This document shows, one piece after another, positions 18,856 through 29,320 of a stretch of 64,000 bases of DNA. The translations under genes and the position numbers were made by a program. Numbering within the stretch: the stretch's first letter is position 1; each line of letters begins with the position of its first letter. This DNA comes from a virus (Duplodnaviria; Caudoviricetes), in IMG/VR virus record IMGVR_UViG_3300012979_000031, positions 1 to 64,000 of that record; one strand, written 5' to 3'. A model generated the notes under the pieces. That model saw only the letters and a program-made list of their open reading frames with translations, made no database searches and was not told the DNA's origin.

Positions 18856-19281
18856 ATGACAACGTATATTTTAAAGAGAAAAGTTTTTGCAGACCTAGAT
18901 TTTAAAGATTTTTCCAAGTTCTTAGAGGAGGTAAAAGGTTATAAGAAAGGTAGTGATGGTAAGTTTGCAGATTGGAATACTTACAAGTCAGACCAGGGAT
19001 TAATCAAGGAATATGAGACTTGGAGAGAAGGTTTGAAGGCTAAGGCTAAAGAGACATTGAGTAAAGAAAATGAGGCTATTGCTAAGAATTCTTTATACAA
19101 TCGAGGAAAAGAATTAGCCAAGGATGTATGGGAGAAACATGGAAAGTCTATTAAGATCGGAGGCGGAGTTATTGCAGCTTCTGGACTTGGTTATGGAGCC
19201 TATAAGTATGTCAAGGGAAAAAATGCTGACAGACGAGAGAGAGAATTGAATGATAAACTAAGAAAACGAATTGTAGGATGA
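18856..19281 (+). CDS. leader-bearing Gly-zipper protein (MTTYILKRKVFA)
   Basis: Leader; IGGGVIAASGLGYG plus basic tail. Confidence 0.7.
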   Translation: MTTYILKRKVFADLDFKDFSKFLEEVKGYKKGSDGKFADWNTYKSDQGLIKEYETWREGLKAKAKETLSKENEAIAKNSLYNRGKELAKDVWEKHGKSIKIGGGVIAASGLGYGAYKYVKGKNADRRERELNDKLRKRIVG

Positions 19282-19787
19282 TTATAAAGAGAAAGAAAGT
19301 GACTAAGCTGATTGATAATGGAGATGGTTTAAGTCACGAAGAAAGTTTTGAGAAGAAAGCTCCTGATTATAATAGTTCTGGGTATTCATATTCAAGCTCT
19401 AGCACTAAGGTATTTACTGAAGCGGGAGGAGAAGAATCTAGTAATAAAGAGTTAATGAGAGGGCTTGGAGCAGCCGGTGCGGGAGCTGGACTAGGTTACG
19501 CTATTAAGACTGGATATAATAATAGAGTTAAGATAAAGACAGCCGAGGATATAGCTAAGATTGCACAAGAACAGCAAGAAAAGCTAGATAATAGATCTTG
19601 GATAAAGAAGAAACTAGGAATCGGAGAGCGTAAGATAGGTAAAGAATCAGCTCAGATATTACAAGAGAAAGGAAATCTAGTAAAGGGTCATTCATCAGCT
19701 AGAGGAGCGGCTATTGGTGGAGCTATTATCGGTGGACTTGGTTATGGAGTAAAGAAGTACCTGGATAATAAAAATAAACAAGGATGA
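19278..19787 (+). CDS. Gly-zipper protein with partial leader (MIIKRKK; internal TKVFT)
   Basis: Two Gly zippers, YGVKKYLDNKNK tail. Confidence 0.7.
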   Translation: MIIKRKKVTKLIDNGDGLSHEESFEKKAPDYNSSGYSYSSSSTKVFTEAGGEESSNKELMRGLGAAGAGAGLGYAIKTGYNNRVKIKTAEDIAKIAQEQQEKLDNRSWIKKKLGIGERKIGKESAQILQEKGNLVKGHSSARGAAIGGAIIGGLGYGVKKYLDNKNKQG

Positions 19788-20567
19788 TTATAAGATTGAA
19801 GAGATTCTCAGCTCCCCCCCCCCACTAGTAAAGAGGAAATAAGGAGACGAATCGAACAAAAGAAAAAATTACAGGAAGATAGAGATACTGTCAATCAGTA
19901 TAAGAATAATTATTCACAGGTTGATAGTAATATTGCTAATACTACTACAAATCTTGGAAAAGTTGGTTTAGCGGGTACTGCTTTATTGGCGGGTGGAAGT
20001 TTGATCGAAGGAGCTAGAGCAGGAAAAGGTGTAGTAGAAGTTGGAAAAGATCTTGGAGAATTAGCAAAACTTAGAAATGATCCGACAGTTAGAGCAGAGA
20101 TAAAGAAACTGATACAGGCTGGTGGAGATAGTATAGATAATAAGCTTGGTGGAATAGTTAAGTTAGGATTAGGAGATAGAGCAGTCGACCTAGTAAAGAA
20201 GGGTGAAGGCTTTTATAATAATACTAAGTTTTCTACAATAGACAGAGCACAGAAATATTGGGGATTCTTGAATAAGGGAGCAGATCTTAATCGTACTATC
20301 TTGAATAATGCTGGAGACTGGAGTGAACAGGGAATTAAGGAACTGAAAACTAAGCTAGGACCAGAGATTAGTGACAAGACGAAGCAGGTGATAGATAAAC
20401 TCCCTGGGTCTGTAAGAAAAACTGCAGATTCACTAACACACTTCAAGAATGCCAGAGCCTTAGGTAGGGGTGCATTAGCTCTAGGAGGTGTTGCTGGAGT
20501 AGCTTATTATCATGGAAAGTCTCTTCAGGATTATAGAACAAATGCCAGAAATGGTGGAAGAAGTTAA
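19784..20567 (+). pseudogene. leader-bearing Gly-zipper gene (MIIRLKRFSA) frameshifted at a C10 tract
   Basis: ATG 19784 overlaps the upstream TGA; C run 19814-19823; 9 C would give an open 260-aa frame joining ORF 19986..20567. Confidence 0.75.
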
Positions 20568-20584
20568 GGAAGGAGAGAAATATT

Positions 20585-21391
20585 ATGGAAGACTTAAAAT
20601 TAGGAAAGAAAGGGAAAGACCTAGAACTATTATGTAAGCTCTTAGGTGTTCCAGGGAGACTCGAATTTGATAGAAACCTGGATGAAGCAGTAAAGAGTTA
20701 TCAGAGAGTTAAGGGATTAGTAGTAGATGGATGGGTTGGTTATAATACATGGAAGTCGCTATTAATAGATTACAGAAATAAGGTTCACTCGGATAACAAG
20801 GATGGTTCAGGGATTAGTGACTTGGATTATGACCTGTTCTCCAATCTCCTAGGTATAGAGTCAGCGGTTCTCAAGGCAGTTCAGAAGGTAGAGACTGGAG
20901 GAAAAGGTGGATTCTGTAGTAATGGAAAGCCACAGATATTATTCGAAGGTCATGTATTTTGGAAAGAACTAGAGAAACTTGGAATATCCCCTGAGAAGTA
21001 TGGTTCTGCCTGGAGTAATGTTTTGTATAAGTCTTGGGATAGAACTAAGTATAAAGGTGGAACCGGAGAATGGGATAGATTAGAATTAGCCAAGAAGATA
21101 AATATTAACGCTGCTTATAAGTCTGCATCATGGGGTATGTATCAGATCATGGGAAATAATTATGCCAAGTGTGGATGTAAGACTATCGGAGAGTTTGTAG
21201 AGTTAATGAGTAAGGATAGTTTTTCTCAGTTCATCCTAGGTATAGAATTTTTAAAGAATACTGGAATGGTGAAGTACTTGAAAGCTAAGGATTGGGCTTC
21301 TTTTGCTAGAGTATACAATGGGAGTGGATATAAGCAGAACAAGTATGATGAGAAGCTAGAGAAAGCCTACAATCAGTATAAAACCACCTAA
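20585..21391 (+). CDS. endolysin: peptidoglycan-binding domain plus N-acetylmuramidase (DUF3380-like)
   Basis: AVKSYQ..GLVVDGWVG..TW; VETGG, ILFEGH, SASWGMYQIMG.N, FARVYNG. Confidence 0.9.
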   Translation: MEDLKLGKKGKDLELLCKLLGVPGRLEFDRNLDEAVKSYQRVKGLVVDGWVGYNTWKSLLIDYRNKVHSDNKDGSGISDLDYDLFSNLLGIESAVLKAVQKVETGGKGGFCSNGKPQILFEGHVFWKELEKLGISPEKYGSAWSNVLYKSWDRTKYKGGTGEWDRLELAKKININAAYKSASWGMYQIMGNNYAKCGCKTIGEFVELMSKDSFSQFILGIEFLKNTGMVKYLKAKDWASFARVYNGSGYKQNKYDEKLEKAYNQYKTT

Positions 21392-21446
21392 AAATAGTAT
21401 AGTTTTTTTCAAGAGGTTCTTATAGGTGAACAATAATAGAACAATT

Positions 21447-23174
21447 ATGAAAAAACCAGAAACTATATTTGAAAAAATGTTTGGCTCTTTTGCAGTAGGA
21501 AACTCTAGAGTACCAATCAGAAGTAATGTCTATAATAATGGAGGTAGAGGATATTCACCTATCGGGACTACAGCATCTAAGTTATTTTCATCAGATAGAA
21601 AGAGTCCAATCCTAGGTAATGCATCCCCTTCAAACTTATTATCTGGATTTTACGAAAGAATATCAGAGTTAAAGGGGTATCAGCTGGTAGATATTGCAAA
21701 ATTAGCTACAAACTTTTATGCAGATTATGTTGTAAATTTCTTAACTGATGATGGAAATGGTAGACAAATTCTTACAATCTTAGATCAGGATGGAAATAAC
21801 AATAATAATGCGACAGAGAGAATAAACAATATATTAACAAAGGATATAAATATTTTCTCTTATATAAAGATGCATATTCAGGACTACATATACTATGGAT
21901 CTTATTATAGTATGTTGAGTACTGACAGAAATGATACTGGACATATTACGTTTAAGGTGGAAGAAATAGTAGATCCAGTGTCTGTAGTAAGAAAATTAAA
22001 AAGAGATTTAAAGACTGGGGAGGTTAATGAAGTTTATCTGGCAAAAGGTGATGATGGAACTTTGTATGAGATTCCTGCAAATGAAGTTATCTATCTAGCT
22101 CAGAATAACTTAAGACTTTTGAATGACTTAGAGGAAGGTTGGAAAGAGAGAAGAAAAGAACAACAAAGAAATCCGAAACTAGGAAAAGATGGAGAAACTA
22201 ATCGCGATAAAGTTCTGAGGAAAGAGTCTTACTTTTCTAGTGAACCACTTCTTTATTCTTTAATATTAAAAATAAAGGAATTAATTATTAAAGAGCTTCT
22301 AGTTTCATTAATTTCACTAAGGGATTTATCTAGTGTTCAAATATTCCTTTTACAAGTAGATAAGTCAATTCCAATGGAGAGTGCTAATGAGTTATGTGCA
22401 AAGGCTACTAAACTAGCGAATAACACAAATGAACTAGCCTCTTTTCTAACTTCTCAATTTGATGCAGTTAGTTTTATTGAGAATACCTTAAGTCAGTCTG
22501 CTAAATTTGTTCCAGATTATAATTCTACGCTAGGTGGAAAGAATTCTATGTTACCTCTAGATAAATTATCAGATAAGTTATTAGAGATAATGCAGACCTT
22601 AGATCAATGTAGAGCAGGGATACTGTCTCCACTAGGTCTACCATCTAGTATTACTGACGTTCAGAGTGGAAATAAGTGGCAGATATTACAGCAATCAGAG
22701 CGAGCTAATAGTAGAGTTTCAATGTATATCTCAGGAATTAAGGACTCAGTTACAGCACTTGTTCAGAATATATACGAGAAGCTTTATGGAGAAAGACTTG
22801 ATTCATCTTTTATCAAGTTACATATATGTGAGAAGACCAGTGTAGAGTATAACAATCAGATTAATCAGTCAGATTCGATCAGTACGTTACTACAAGGAAT
22901 TCAAAATATATTACAAAACTCACTTCAAACCCTAGATCAGGCGATTCCATTTGTAGACCCTAGAGCTTGGTTGATTTATGTCCAGAATTTGATTAGAGAT
23001 ATAGATCCAAATACAGCGAATTTAATAACAGAGCAGACTATCAAGAATTATTTACAGGTTATTCAGGCTAAGTTTAATCAGCAGTGTATGGGAATTGATC
23101 TAGACCCTTCACAGATTCAACTTATTCCACCACTAGATAACGATAATCAAGGTGACAATAGTAAATTAAGATAA
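21447..23174 (+). CDS. portal protein (T4 gp20-like, divergent)
   Basis: ~575 aa upstream of protease/scaffold/MCP; DYIYYG and LSPLGLPSS portal-like segments. Confidence 0.65.
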   Translation: MKKPETIFEKMFGSFAVGNSRVPIRSNVYNNGGRGYSPIGTTASKLFSSDRKSPILGNASPSNLLSGFYERISELKGYQLVDIAKLATNFYADYVVNFLTDDGNGRQILTILDQDGNNNNNATERINNILTKDINIFSYIKMHIQDYIYYGSYYSMLSTDRNDTGHITFKVEEIVDPVSVVRKLKRDLKTGEVNEVYLAKGDDGTLYEIPANEVIYLAQNNLRLLNDLEEGWKERRKEQQRNPKLGKDGETNRDKVLRKESYFSSEPLLYSLILKIKELIIKELLVSLISLRDLSSVQIFLLQVDKSIPMESANELCAKATKLANNTNELASFLTSQFDAVSFIENTLSQSAKFVPDYNSTLGGKNSMLPLDKLSDKLLEIMQTLDQCRAGILSPLGLPSSITDVQSGNKWQILQQSERANSRVSMYISGIKDSVTALVQNIYEKLYGERLDSSFIKLHICEKTSVEYNNQINQSDSISTLLQGIQNILQNSLQTLDQAIPFVDPRAWLIYVQNLIRDIDPNTANLITEQTIKNYLQVIQAKFNQQCMGIDLDPSQIQLIPPLDNDNQGDNSKLR

Positions 23175-23178
23175 AATT

Positions 23179-23505
23179 ATGAGTGACGAACAGAGAAATC
23201 AAGAGAACGAAGAAATTGCTAGCAGACTAAAAGCTGGTGGTGGTGCTGTAGGTATTCTTGGCGGTACTGGTTGGGGTTCTGCAAAATTAGCGGAGCATCT
23301 AGATAAAAAGCAGAAGGAGATAGTTCGGAAAGGTGGAAAACCTCTAAAGTATATGGCTGAAAGAGGTCTAACTCCAGAGGAACTCGAGAGTATCGGTAAG
23401 ATGAAGAGTATAGCAAAGTATATGGCGCTCATTGGTGGTAGTGCTTATGCTGGAACCAAAGCTTACGAACACTTCAAGAATAAGAATAAAAAGAAAGAGG
23501 AGTAA
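23179..23505 (+). CDS. small Gly-zipper protein
   Basis: Two Gly-rich helices, AYEHFKNKNKK tail. Confidence 0.65.
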   Translation: MSDEQRNQENEEIASRLKAGGGAVGILGGTGWGSAKLAEHLDKKQKEIVRKGGKPLKYMAERGLTPEELESIGKMKSIAKYMALIGGSAYAGTKAYEHFKNKNKKKEE

Positions 23506-23891
23506 TGATAATCTTTAGACCTAAGCTTTTCGCAGTTGTTGGAAAACTTGGAGGACAAATTACACCTGCTATTGCTGCCGCTAATCAAAGGTCTCAGATG
23601 GCTTTACAGAGAACGAACCTAGTTACGCAAAGAAGTCAGCAACTAGAGGGCATGAAGCAGTCTAGGTTGAATACGTCCATGATGAGAATGGCACAACAGA
23701 ATTCTCTTCACCAGGCCAGAGCTAAACAAAGGCAAGGTATGCAAAACCAAAGATTAGCAGTACAGAAACAAATAGCTGCCGAAAGGAATCTAGTTAAACT
23801 TAAAGCTGCGGAAAAAGCGACTGCAGTAAAAAATGTTCAGCTATTCAAGAGACCTTCTGCAGTTGTTCCTCCTGTTCCTATGAAAAATTAG
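23505..23891 (+). CDS. leader-bearing Q/R-rich protein (MIIFRPKLFA)
   Basis: Leader; coupled TAATG start. Confidence 0.7.
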   Translation: MIIFRPKLFAVVGKLGGQITPAIAAANQRSQMALQRTNLVTQRSQQLEGMKQSRLNTSMMRMAQQNSLHQARAKQRQGMQNQRLAVQKQIAAERNLVKLKAAEKATAVKNVQLFKRPSAVVPPVPMKN

Positions 23892-23898
23892 ATAAGTC

Positions 23899-24000
23899 AT
23901 GGAAAAGCTAAAAGAAAAGACATTCACTACTGGTACGGAGAATACTCAAAGTGAAAATGAGAATGATAGAATATTTAACCCACTAAAACAGCAGGGTTAA
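23899..24000 (+). CDS. 33-aa ORF MEKLKEKTFT...
   Basis: Fills the operon gap; carries a KTFT motif; translated by hand. Confidence 0.4.
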   Translation: MEKLKEKTFTTGTENTQSENENDRIFNPLKQQG

Positions 24001-24038
24001 AACTAGAGAATAAAATAAAATAAATCAATTTAAATACA

Positions 24039-24866
24039 ATGAAAAATTATTTTGATAACGAAGATTTTTTTTCCGCTATTGAGGAAAGAGCTTTCAGTGC
24101 TGGTTATAATGCACGTTTGAATGAGAAGATGTATGCTGAGGAGGATAAGAAGGCCGCTGAAGGTGTTCTAGATAAGCTTAAGGGATACGGTAATAAGGCA
24201 AAGAACTACGGTAAGGAATTCTGGGAAGGTAATAACGCTACTAAATCTAAGTGGGGTAATCGTGCTATCGCTGGAACTACTGCTGTCGCTTCTGTAGCTA
24301 TCCCAACTGCACTTTATCTACGTAAGAAAGCAAAGAAGGCTGAAGAAGCTGCTGAGGCTCTTGAGGAGGCTGCTGAGGCACAGCGTGAGTATAGTGCTTA
24401 CTTAGCTAATCTTGAGGAGAGAATTTATTCTGAGGATGAGGATGCACTAGAGGAGGCTGTTGATATCGTTGAGAATGCATCTCCTGCTGATAAGAAGCGT
24501 CTTGCTATTGCTGGTGCTATCGGTGCTGGTTCTGTAGCTGGTATAGGTGGAGCTGCTTACGGTGTTAGTAAGGGTATTCAGAAGGCAGCTAGAAAGAAAA
24601 ATGCTCTTGTTAATGCTAGTTATGGTGATGAGGCATTCAATAAGGCTTCTAAAGCTAGAGATGAATTTATGAAAACTCGTTTGAAGAAGACAGCTGGATA
24701 CTTGAATGAAAAAGAGGAAGCTTTGGCTAAACTTTGGAAGAGTGGTAATGCTGGAAAGGCTAAGGTTATCGGTGCAAGTGCTGGTACTTTAGCTCTTGGT
24801 GCAAGTGCTGGAGTTGGTGCTAAGAAAGCTTACGACTACTACAAGAACAAGAAGAATAATGACTAA
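24039..24866 (+). CDS. probable abundant internal head protein with Gly zippers and repeated [KR]x[FY][SA] sites
   Basis: RAFSA, KMYAE, REYSA, RIYSE; GCT/GGT/AAG-rich codons similar to the MCP. Confidence 0.65.
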   Translation: MKNYFDNEDFFSAIEERAFSAGYNARLNEKMYAEEDKKAAEGVLDKLKGYGNKAKNYGKEFWEGNNATKSKWGNRAIAGTTAVASVAIPTALYLRKKAKKAEEAAEALEEAAEAQREYSAYLANLEERIYSEDEDALEEAVDIVENASPADKKRLAIAGAIGAGSVAGIGGAAYGVSKGIQKAARKKNALVNASYGDEAFNKASKARDEFMKTRLKKTAGYLNEKEEALAKLWKSGNAGKAKVIGASAGTLALGASAGVGAKKAYDYYKNKKNND

Positions 24867-25007
24867 TTTATAAATAGAGATAGGGAAGACTTGGTTTTTC
24901 CCTTCTCTATATGGGGAATTAATATATCACACCTCCACGTTGGTATTCCCTGGGCATAGGCAGAGATGATATAGAATTGATTAATAAAATTATAACAGAG
25001 GAAGTAT

Positions 25008-26240
25008 ATGAGATGTAAATGTAAAATACTCTCCGTGAATGGAGTCCCTGCCAGCGATGGTAGTATAGTTCCACTTAACGTGATGGAGGAGTATTTAAAG
25101 AGTGAGGATTGTCAGGAAGCTCTCAAAATGCATAAGATGGTTGGATCCTTAACACATCGTTGTAGATCTATCCAAGCTAATTTTCCAGAGTCTGCATCTA
25201 CACTTCAAAAAACAGTAGGTAAAGATGATTCACTTATCATTGTTGGTGAGAAAGCTCCAGCACCTACACACTATATTGAAGACTTGTTTATAGAGGATGG
25301 CTGGCTTTGGGGAATTATAAAGATCCTAGATGAGGCTGGTATGGATGATTATGCGATTCAGAATATTCGTAGACTCAAGGGAATGCTAAAGCAGGGAATT
25401 CTTCCAGGAGTTTCAGCAGTTATCGTTGGTTATTGGGATTCTAATTCTGGATCTGGTAATGATATTCTAAAGAAGTTTGTTGCTTGTAAGGGAATAGACT
25501 GTACATTAAATCCAAGTTGGAAGAAGGCAACTATTACAGAGGTCTTTGATGATAAGGAAGATATACGTGAATTTTCAGAAAAAGAAATCACAAACCTTAA
25601 TATTGAGGATTACAAATTTGATGGAGTTAAGGTAAAAGCTTTCAGTAATATTAACTCTCTTGATATAAATGTTCCAAAGTCTAGTAAGATTGATGGACAT
25701 TTTACTAAGTTGATTGCAAAGGTATTCTCGTCTAATGGAGTAGTTTCAGAAATTCCAGACAAGGAGGAGTGTGTAATGAAAGAGAAGACATACTCAGCAA
25801 TGACAGTCAACGAGAGAGTAAAGGTGGCTAAGTTATCTCCACGTGAAAGATTTAGAAGACTTATCCTAGATTACCGACAGGCTGTTAGATCTCAAGGAGG
25901 AGTAGATAAGATTGATGAAGAGACATTGAAGACTATGAAATCATTATTTGCTAGTGATGTTCTTAGTATTATGTCTGTAGTAACTCCATTAGTACTAGAG
26001 GGAAAGAACTTATTAACTCTATTGAATGCAGGAGCCCTAGGAGTAGAGGTGAGAAAGGCATGTCAAGCAATGTTCCTACCATATCGTCAAGCATTACAGG
26101 AAGTAGGTAAGACTGGTGCTATCAGTAAGAATAGATACACCAAGATTACTGAAGCATATACAGAATTTATCAAGGCATTGCAGAACTATGTTTTTGGTCC
26201 GAGTGTAGTAGAAGAGATTAACGAAGAGGAGGAGAATTAA
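25008..26240 (+). CDS. prohead core protease (gp21/assemblin-like) with C-terminal extension
   Basis: GSLTH (His), PGVS (Ser), IDCTLNPS (Asp); lies between portal and MCP. Confidence 0.75.
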   Translation: MRCKCKILSVNGVPASDGSIVPLNVMEEYLKSEDCQEALKMHKMVGSLTHRCRSIQANFPESASTLQKTVGKDDSLIIVGEKAPAPTHYIEDLFIEDGWLWGIIKILDEAGMDDYAIQNIRRLKGMLKQGILPGVSAVIVGYWDSNSGSGNDILKKFVACKGIDCTLNPSWKKATITEVFDDKEDIREFSEKEITNLNIEDYKFDGVKVKAFSNINSLDINVPKSSKIDGHFTKLIAKVFSSNGVVSEIPDKEECVMKEKTYSAMTVNERVKVAKLSPRERFRRLILDYRQAVRSQGGVDKIDEETLKTMKSLFASDVLSIMSVVTPLVLEGKNLLTLLNAGALGVEVRKACQAMFLPYRQALQEVGKTGAISKNRYTKITEAYTEFIKALQNYVFGPSVVEEINEEEEN

Positions 26241-27076
26241 TGAAGCAAAGAAGAAAGCTATTTTCAGAATCTGCACCTGTTCGTAGGAAATTATTCTCAC
26301 TAACAGATGGAGCTACAGTAAAGACATTAAAGTGTGCAGATTGTGGTTTTGAGATAGAGAGTAGAGCAACAACTACTAATATAAGATGCCCTAAGTGTGG
26401 TGGAATTCATTTTAATGTAGTAAGAAAAGTGGATTCTCCAGAGGTAAGTAATCCGGTATCAGAGAGAATTTCGCTATTTTCAGATAAAGGTAAAGAGGAT
26501 AGAGAGCTAGAATTCCAGAAAAGTTTTAGTGAGCCTAGTAATGACTTTGAGTTGAAATTGAAGAGATATTCAGGCAAGACAATTTTACTAGACTCTGCAG
26601 AGAAGATTTTTGGAGTACCAGCGGATGAGTTGATAGAGAAGCGTTATGCAAATGTTGATGGAGAAAACCTAAATATTTCATCAGATGCTTTTCTAAAGGC
26701 TAAGCTATTCTCAAAACTTATCGTATCAGTAACAAAAGTAATGGACCTTGACCCAGAGATTACATGTAGTTCGCATCCTGAGATAGATAAACTACGTGCC
26801 ATCAGAGGTTTAGAGGATTCAGGAGTTTTGTGTCCTAAGAGTATAGTAATGATTAAGAAGGCACATGGATTTGGCCCAGAACCTTTATCAAATTGGGCAG
26901 AGGATTCAGGTATACTTGGAGACTTGAGAGCTGAATTTGGAGGTTCTAGCATGGAGTACCCTTCTTTCAAGAGAACAATTGAAGAACGTTATCCAGATGC
27001 TCCTGAGGGTATCTTGGATCTTCTGAAGAAACACGGTATTATTCAGGTCAATGGTGATCGTGTGCATGTTTTATAA
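26240..27076 (+). CDS. Zn-ribbon head-associated protein
   Basis: CADC...CPKC; RKLFS x2, KSFS, KRYS, KLFS. Confidence 0.6.
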   Translation: MKQRRKLFSESAPVRRKLFSLTDGATVKTLKCADCGFEIESRATTTNIRCPKCGGIHFNVVRKVDSPEVSNPVSERISLFSDKGKEDRELEFQKSFSEPSNDFELKLKRYSGKTILLDSAEKIFGVPADELIEKRYANVDGENLNISSDAFLKAKLFSKLIVSVTKVMDLDPEITCSSHPEIDKLRAIRGLEDSGVLCPKSIVMIKKAHGFGPEPLSNWAEDSGILGDLRAEFGGSSMEYPSFKRTIEERYPDAPEGILDLLKKHGIIQVNGDRVHVL

Positions 27077-27108
27077 GATTTCAAATAAAAACAAAGTAAC
27101 AAAGAAGT

Positions 27109-29277
27109 ATGAAAAATACTATTACGACTAGATTTATGTCTAGACTCTTTTCTGCAACAGAGGAGGGTGATGAGGAATTAACGGCACAGGTAGCACAGGA
27201 TATCCAGGATGCTCAGAGAAATGGTGCTGTTGATACTGATGAAGTTAGATATGAGGATAATGGAGATGGCAGCGTCTCTGTTATTGATAAAGATAATGGT
27301 GAGGTAACAATCGCACAAGAGGCTGAAGATGGCAATTTTGACCTCTATGCTATGCCTACAGGAAATCTTGAGCAGTTCGTACATCCGGAAGGTGATGGTG
27401 TAACTCCTGGAATCCAGCAAGGTGTAGATGATGAGTGTGCATGGAGTCATCTTGAGACGGGTGTTATTTCTCCAAATGTTCCAGGTGGTGGTTTGAATCC
27501 GGTAGCTGGTTATGAGCCTACAGTTGAGGAGAATGCTTATGCTCCTTGTGATAGCTGTAGTGATGAGCGTGAGTTCAGTGTAGCAACTGATAATACTGCT
27601 GTACTTAGAATTTTTAATGATCAGGCTTATTGCGAGAGAGTTTTCTCAGAGGTAATTGAGACAGAGGAAACTGCGAATGTCGGAGATTTGAAGATTGAGA
27701 AAATTGATGATGATACAGTAGTAGTTACTTCAAAGTCAACTGGAGATCAGGCAAGAGTAACTTTAGACGGAGAAAACATGGAGATTGATGAATTAACAAC
27801 AAAGGATGGTGCTGACGAGAGAGAGTTCAGTGAGGAAGAGCAGTATGATGCAATTCACATTGTTGGAGTAGATCCAGTGAACCATGTAATCGTAGATGCA
27901 CCAGAGTATGATCCAGAATCTGCACAGGAACTAATGGAACAACTAGCTGCAGATGGCGTACAGGGTGTTGAAGCTTTCGATAATCCTGATGACGCTAGAG
28001 AATATGCTGCAAACTTACTAGAATCACTAGGTGCAGAAACAGAAGATGATATTGAGGAGCCAGTTCAAACAGAGTACTCAGATCACACTATTTTTGTAAC
28101 TAAGTTCTATTCAGCAGAGGCACAGACATCTTATATGGAGCGTTTATTCTCAGAGGTAGAAAATGGTATTGATGCTTCACAGAAAGATATCGAGTATGCT
28201 ATTGAGAACAGTGAGGAAGTTGAGAATGACACAGAAATCATTACTCCGGTAGATAGCGAGACTGCTGTAATTGAGGATAAGGAGACTGGAGAATTCACAA
28301 AGGTCACTCTAGATGGTGCAGAGCTTGATTGTAAGGCTATCTCAGAGGAGGAAGCTGAAGATCTAGTAGAGGATGTTCGTGTTGTAGAGGATGATGATGA
28401 GGATGAGGAAGATAGAGAGTTCTCAGAGGCCATCGATTACTACTTTGACGATGAAAGATATTTCTCTGACATTGTTGAGGATGAGGATCTAGAAGACCTT
28501 GAGTACAGTCTATTCTCAGAGATGGAGGATGAAGATATCTACACAAACGAGGAGCAAACTAAGTTCTTCTCAGAGAGCGAGGAATTAACAGCTTATCAGC
28601 AAAGACTATTCTCAGGTGAAGCAGACGAGAAAGAAATCGAGCACGCTATTGAGAATGGTGAGCAGATTGAGAATGACTCAGAGATTATTACTCCAGTAAA
28701 CGAGGATACTGCTATCATTGAGGATAAGGAGACAGGAGAGTTTACAAAGGCTATCCTAGATGATGAAACTATCGATGTAACTCCTATTAGCGAAGACGAG
28801 GCTGATCGATTGACTGACGGACTTCGTGTTTCAGAGGATGCAGAGGGCGAAGAAGATGAGAAAGAGTTTTCAGAGCTTGATTACCAGGATGTAAACCTTG
28901 GTGATGAGGTAATGGAGAAGTTCTTCGCAGAGTCTGTAGGTGGTCCAGTTGGTGGTGAAGTCGTTCCTCTATATGATGCAGAGGGTAATCCAGCTCCAAT
29001 CGGTATGGATGCACAGGGTAATGTAGTTCCTGTAGAAGATCCAGCACAGCAAGAGGGAGTAGCTCCTTCACTAGAGGTTATTGAGGATACAGCAGATCAG
29101 GCAGTTAACTTAATTCAGCAAGCTGCACAAGAGGCTGCAAATCAGATTCTTCAGGCAAAACAGGCACCAGTTCAAGGACAGGAGCAGGATTTGCAAGAGG
29201 CTCAGTTCTCAGAAGTAGAGGTTCTAGATGCTAACGGTGATACACTAGTTAGTTGGATGAATGCTAGCAAATTTTAA
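27109..29277 (+). CDS. highly acidic prohead scaffold/core protein with internal repeats
   Basis: D/E-rich, directly upstream of MCP; 11 [KR]x[FY]S sites. Confidence 0.7.
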   Translation: MKNTITTRFMSRLFSATEEGDEELTAQVAQDIQDAQRNGAVDTDEVRYEDNGDGSVSVIDKDNGEVTIAQEAEDGNFDLYAMPTGNLEQFVHPEGDGVTPGIQQGVDDECAWSHLETGVISPNVPGGGLNPVAGYEPTVEENAYAPCDSCSDEREFSVATDNTAVLRIFNDQAYCERVFSEVIETEETANVGDLKIEKIDDDTVVVTSKSTGDQARVTLDGENMEIDELTTKDGADEREFSEEEQYDAIHIVGVDPVNHVIVDAPEYDPESAQELMEQLAADGVQGVEAFDNPDDAREYAANLLESLGAETEDDIEEPVQTEYSDHTIFVTKFYSAEAQTSYMERLFSEVENGIDASQKDIEYAIENSEEVENDTEIITPVDSETAVIEDKETGEFTKVTLDGAELDCKAISEEEAEDLVEDVRVVEDDDEDEEDREFSEAIDYYFDDERYFSDIVEDEDLEDLEYSLFSEMEDEDIYTNEEQTKFFSESEELTAYQQRLFSGEADEKEIEHAIENGEQIENDSEIITPVNEDTAIIEDKETGEFTKAILDDETIDVTPISEDEADRLTDGLRVSEDAEGEEDEKEFSELDYQDVNLGDEVMEKFFAESVGGPVGGEVVPLYDAEGNPAPIGMDAQGNVVPVEDPAQQEGVAPSLEVIEDTADQAVNLIQQAAQEAANQILQAKQAPVQGQEQDLQEAQFSEVEVLDANGDTLVSWMNASKF

Positions 29278-29320
29278 GATAAACAAATATAAAATATAAT
29301 ATAATAAATTAATAAAGAAT

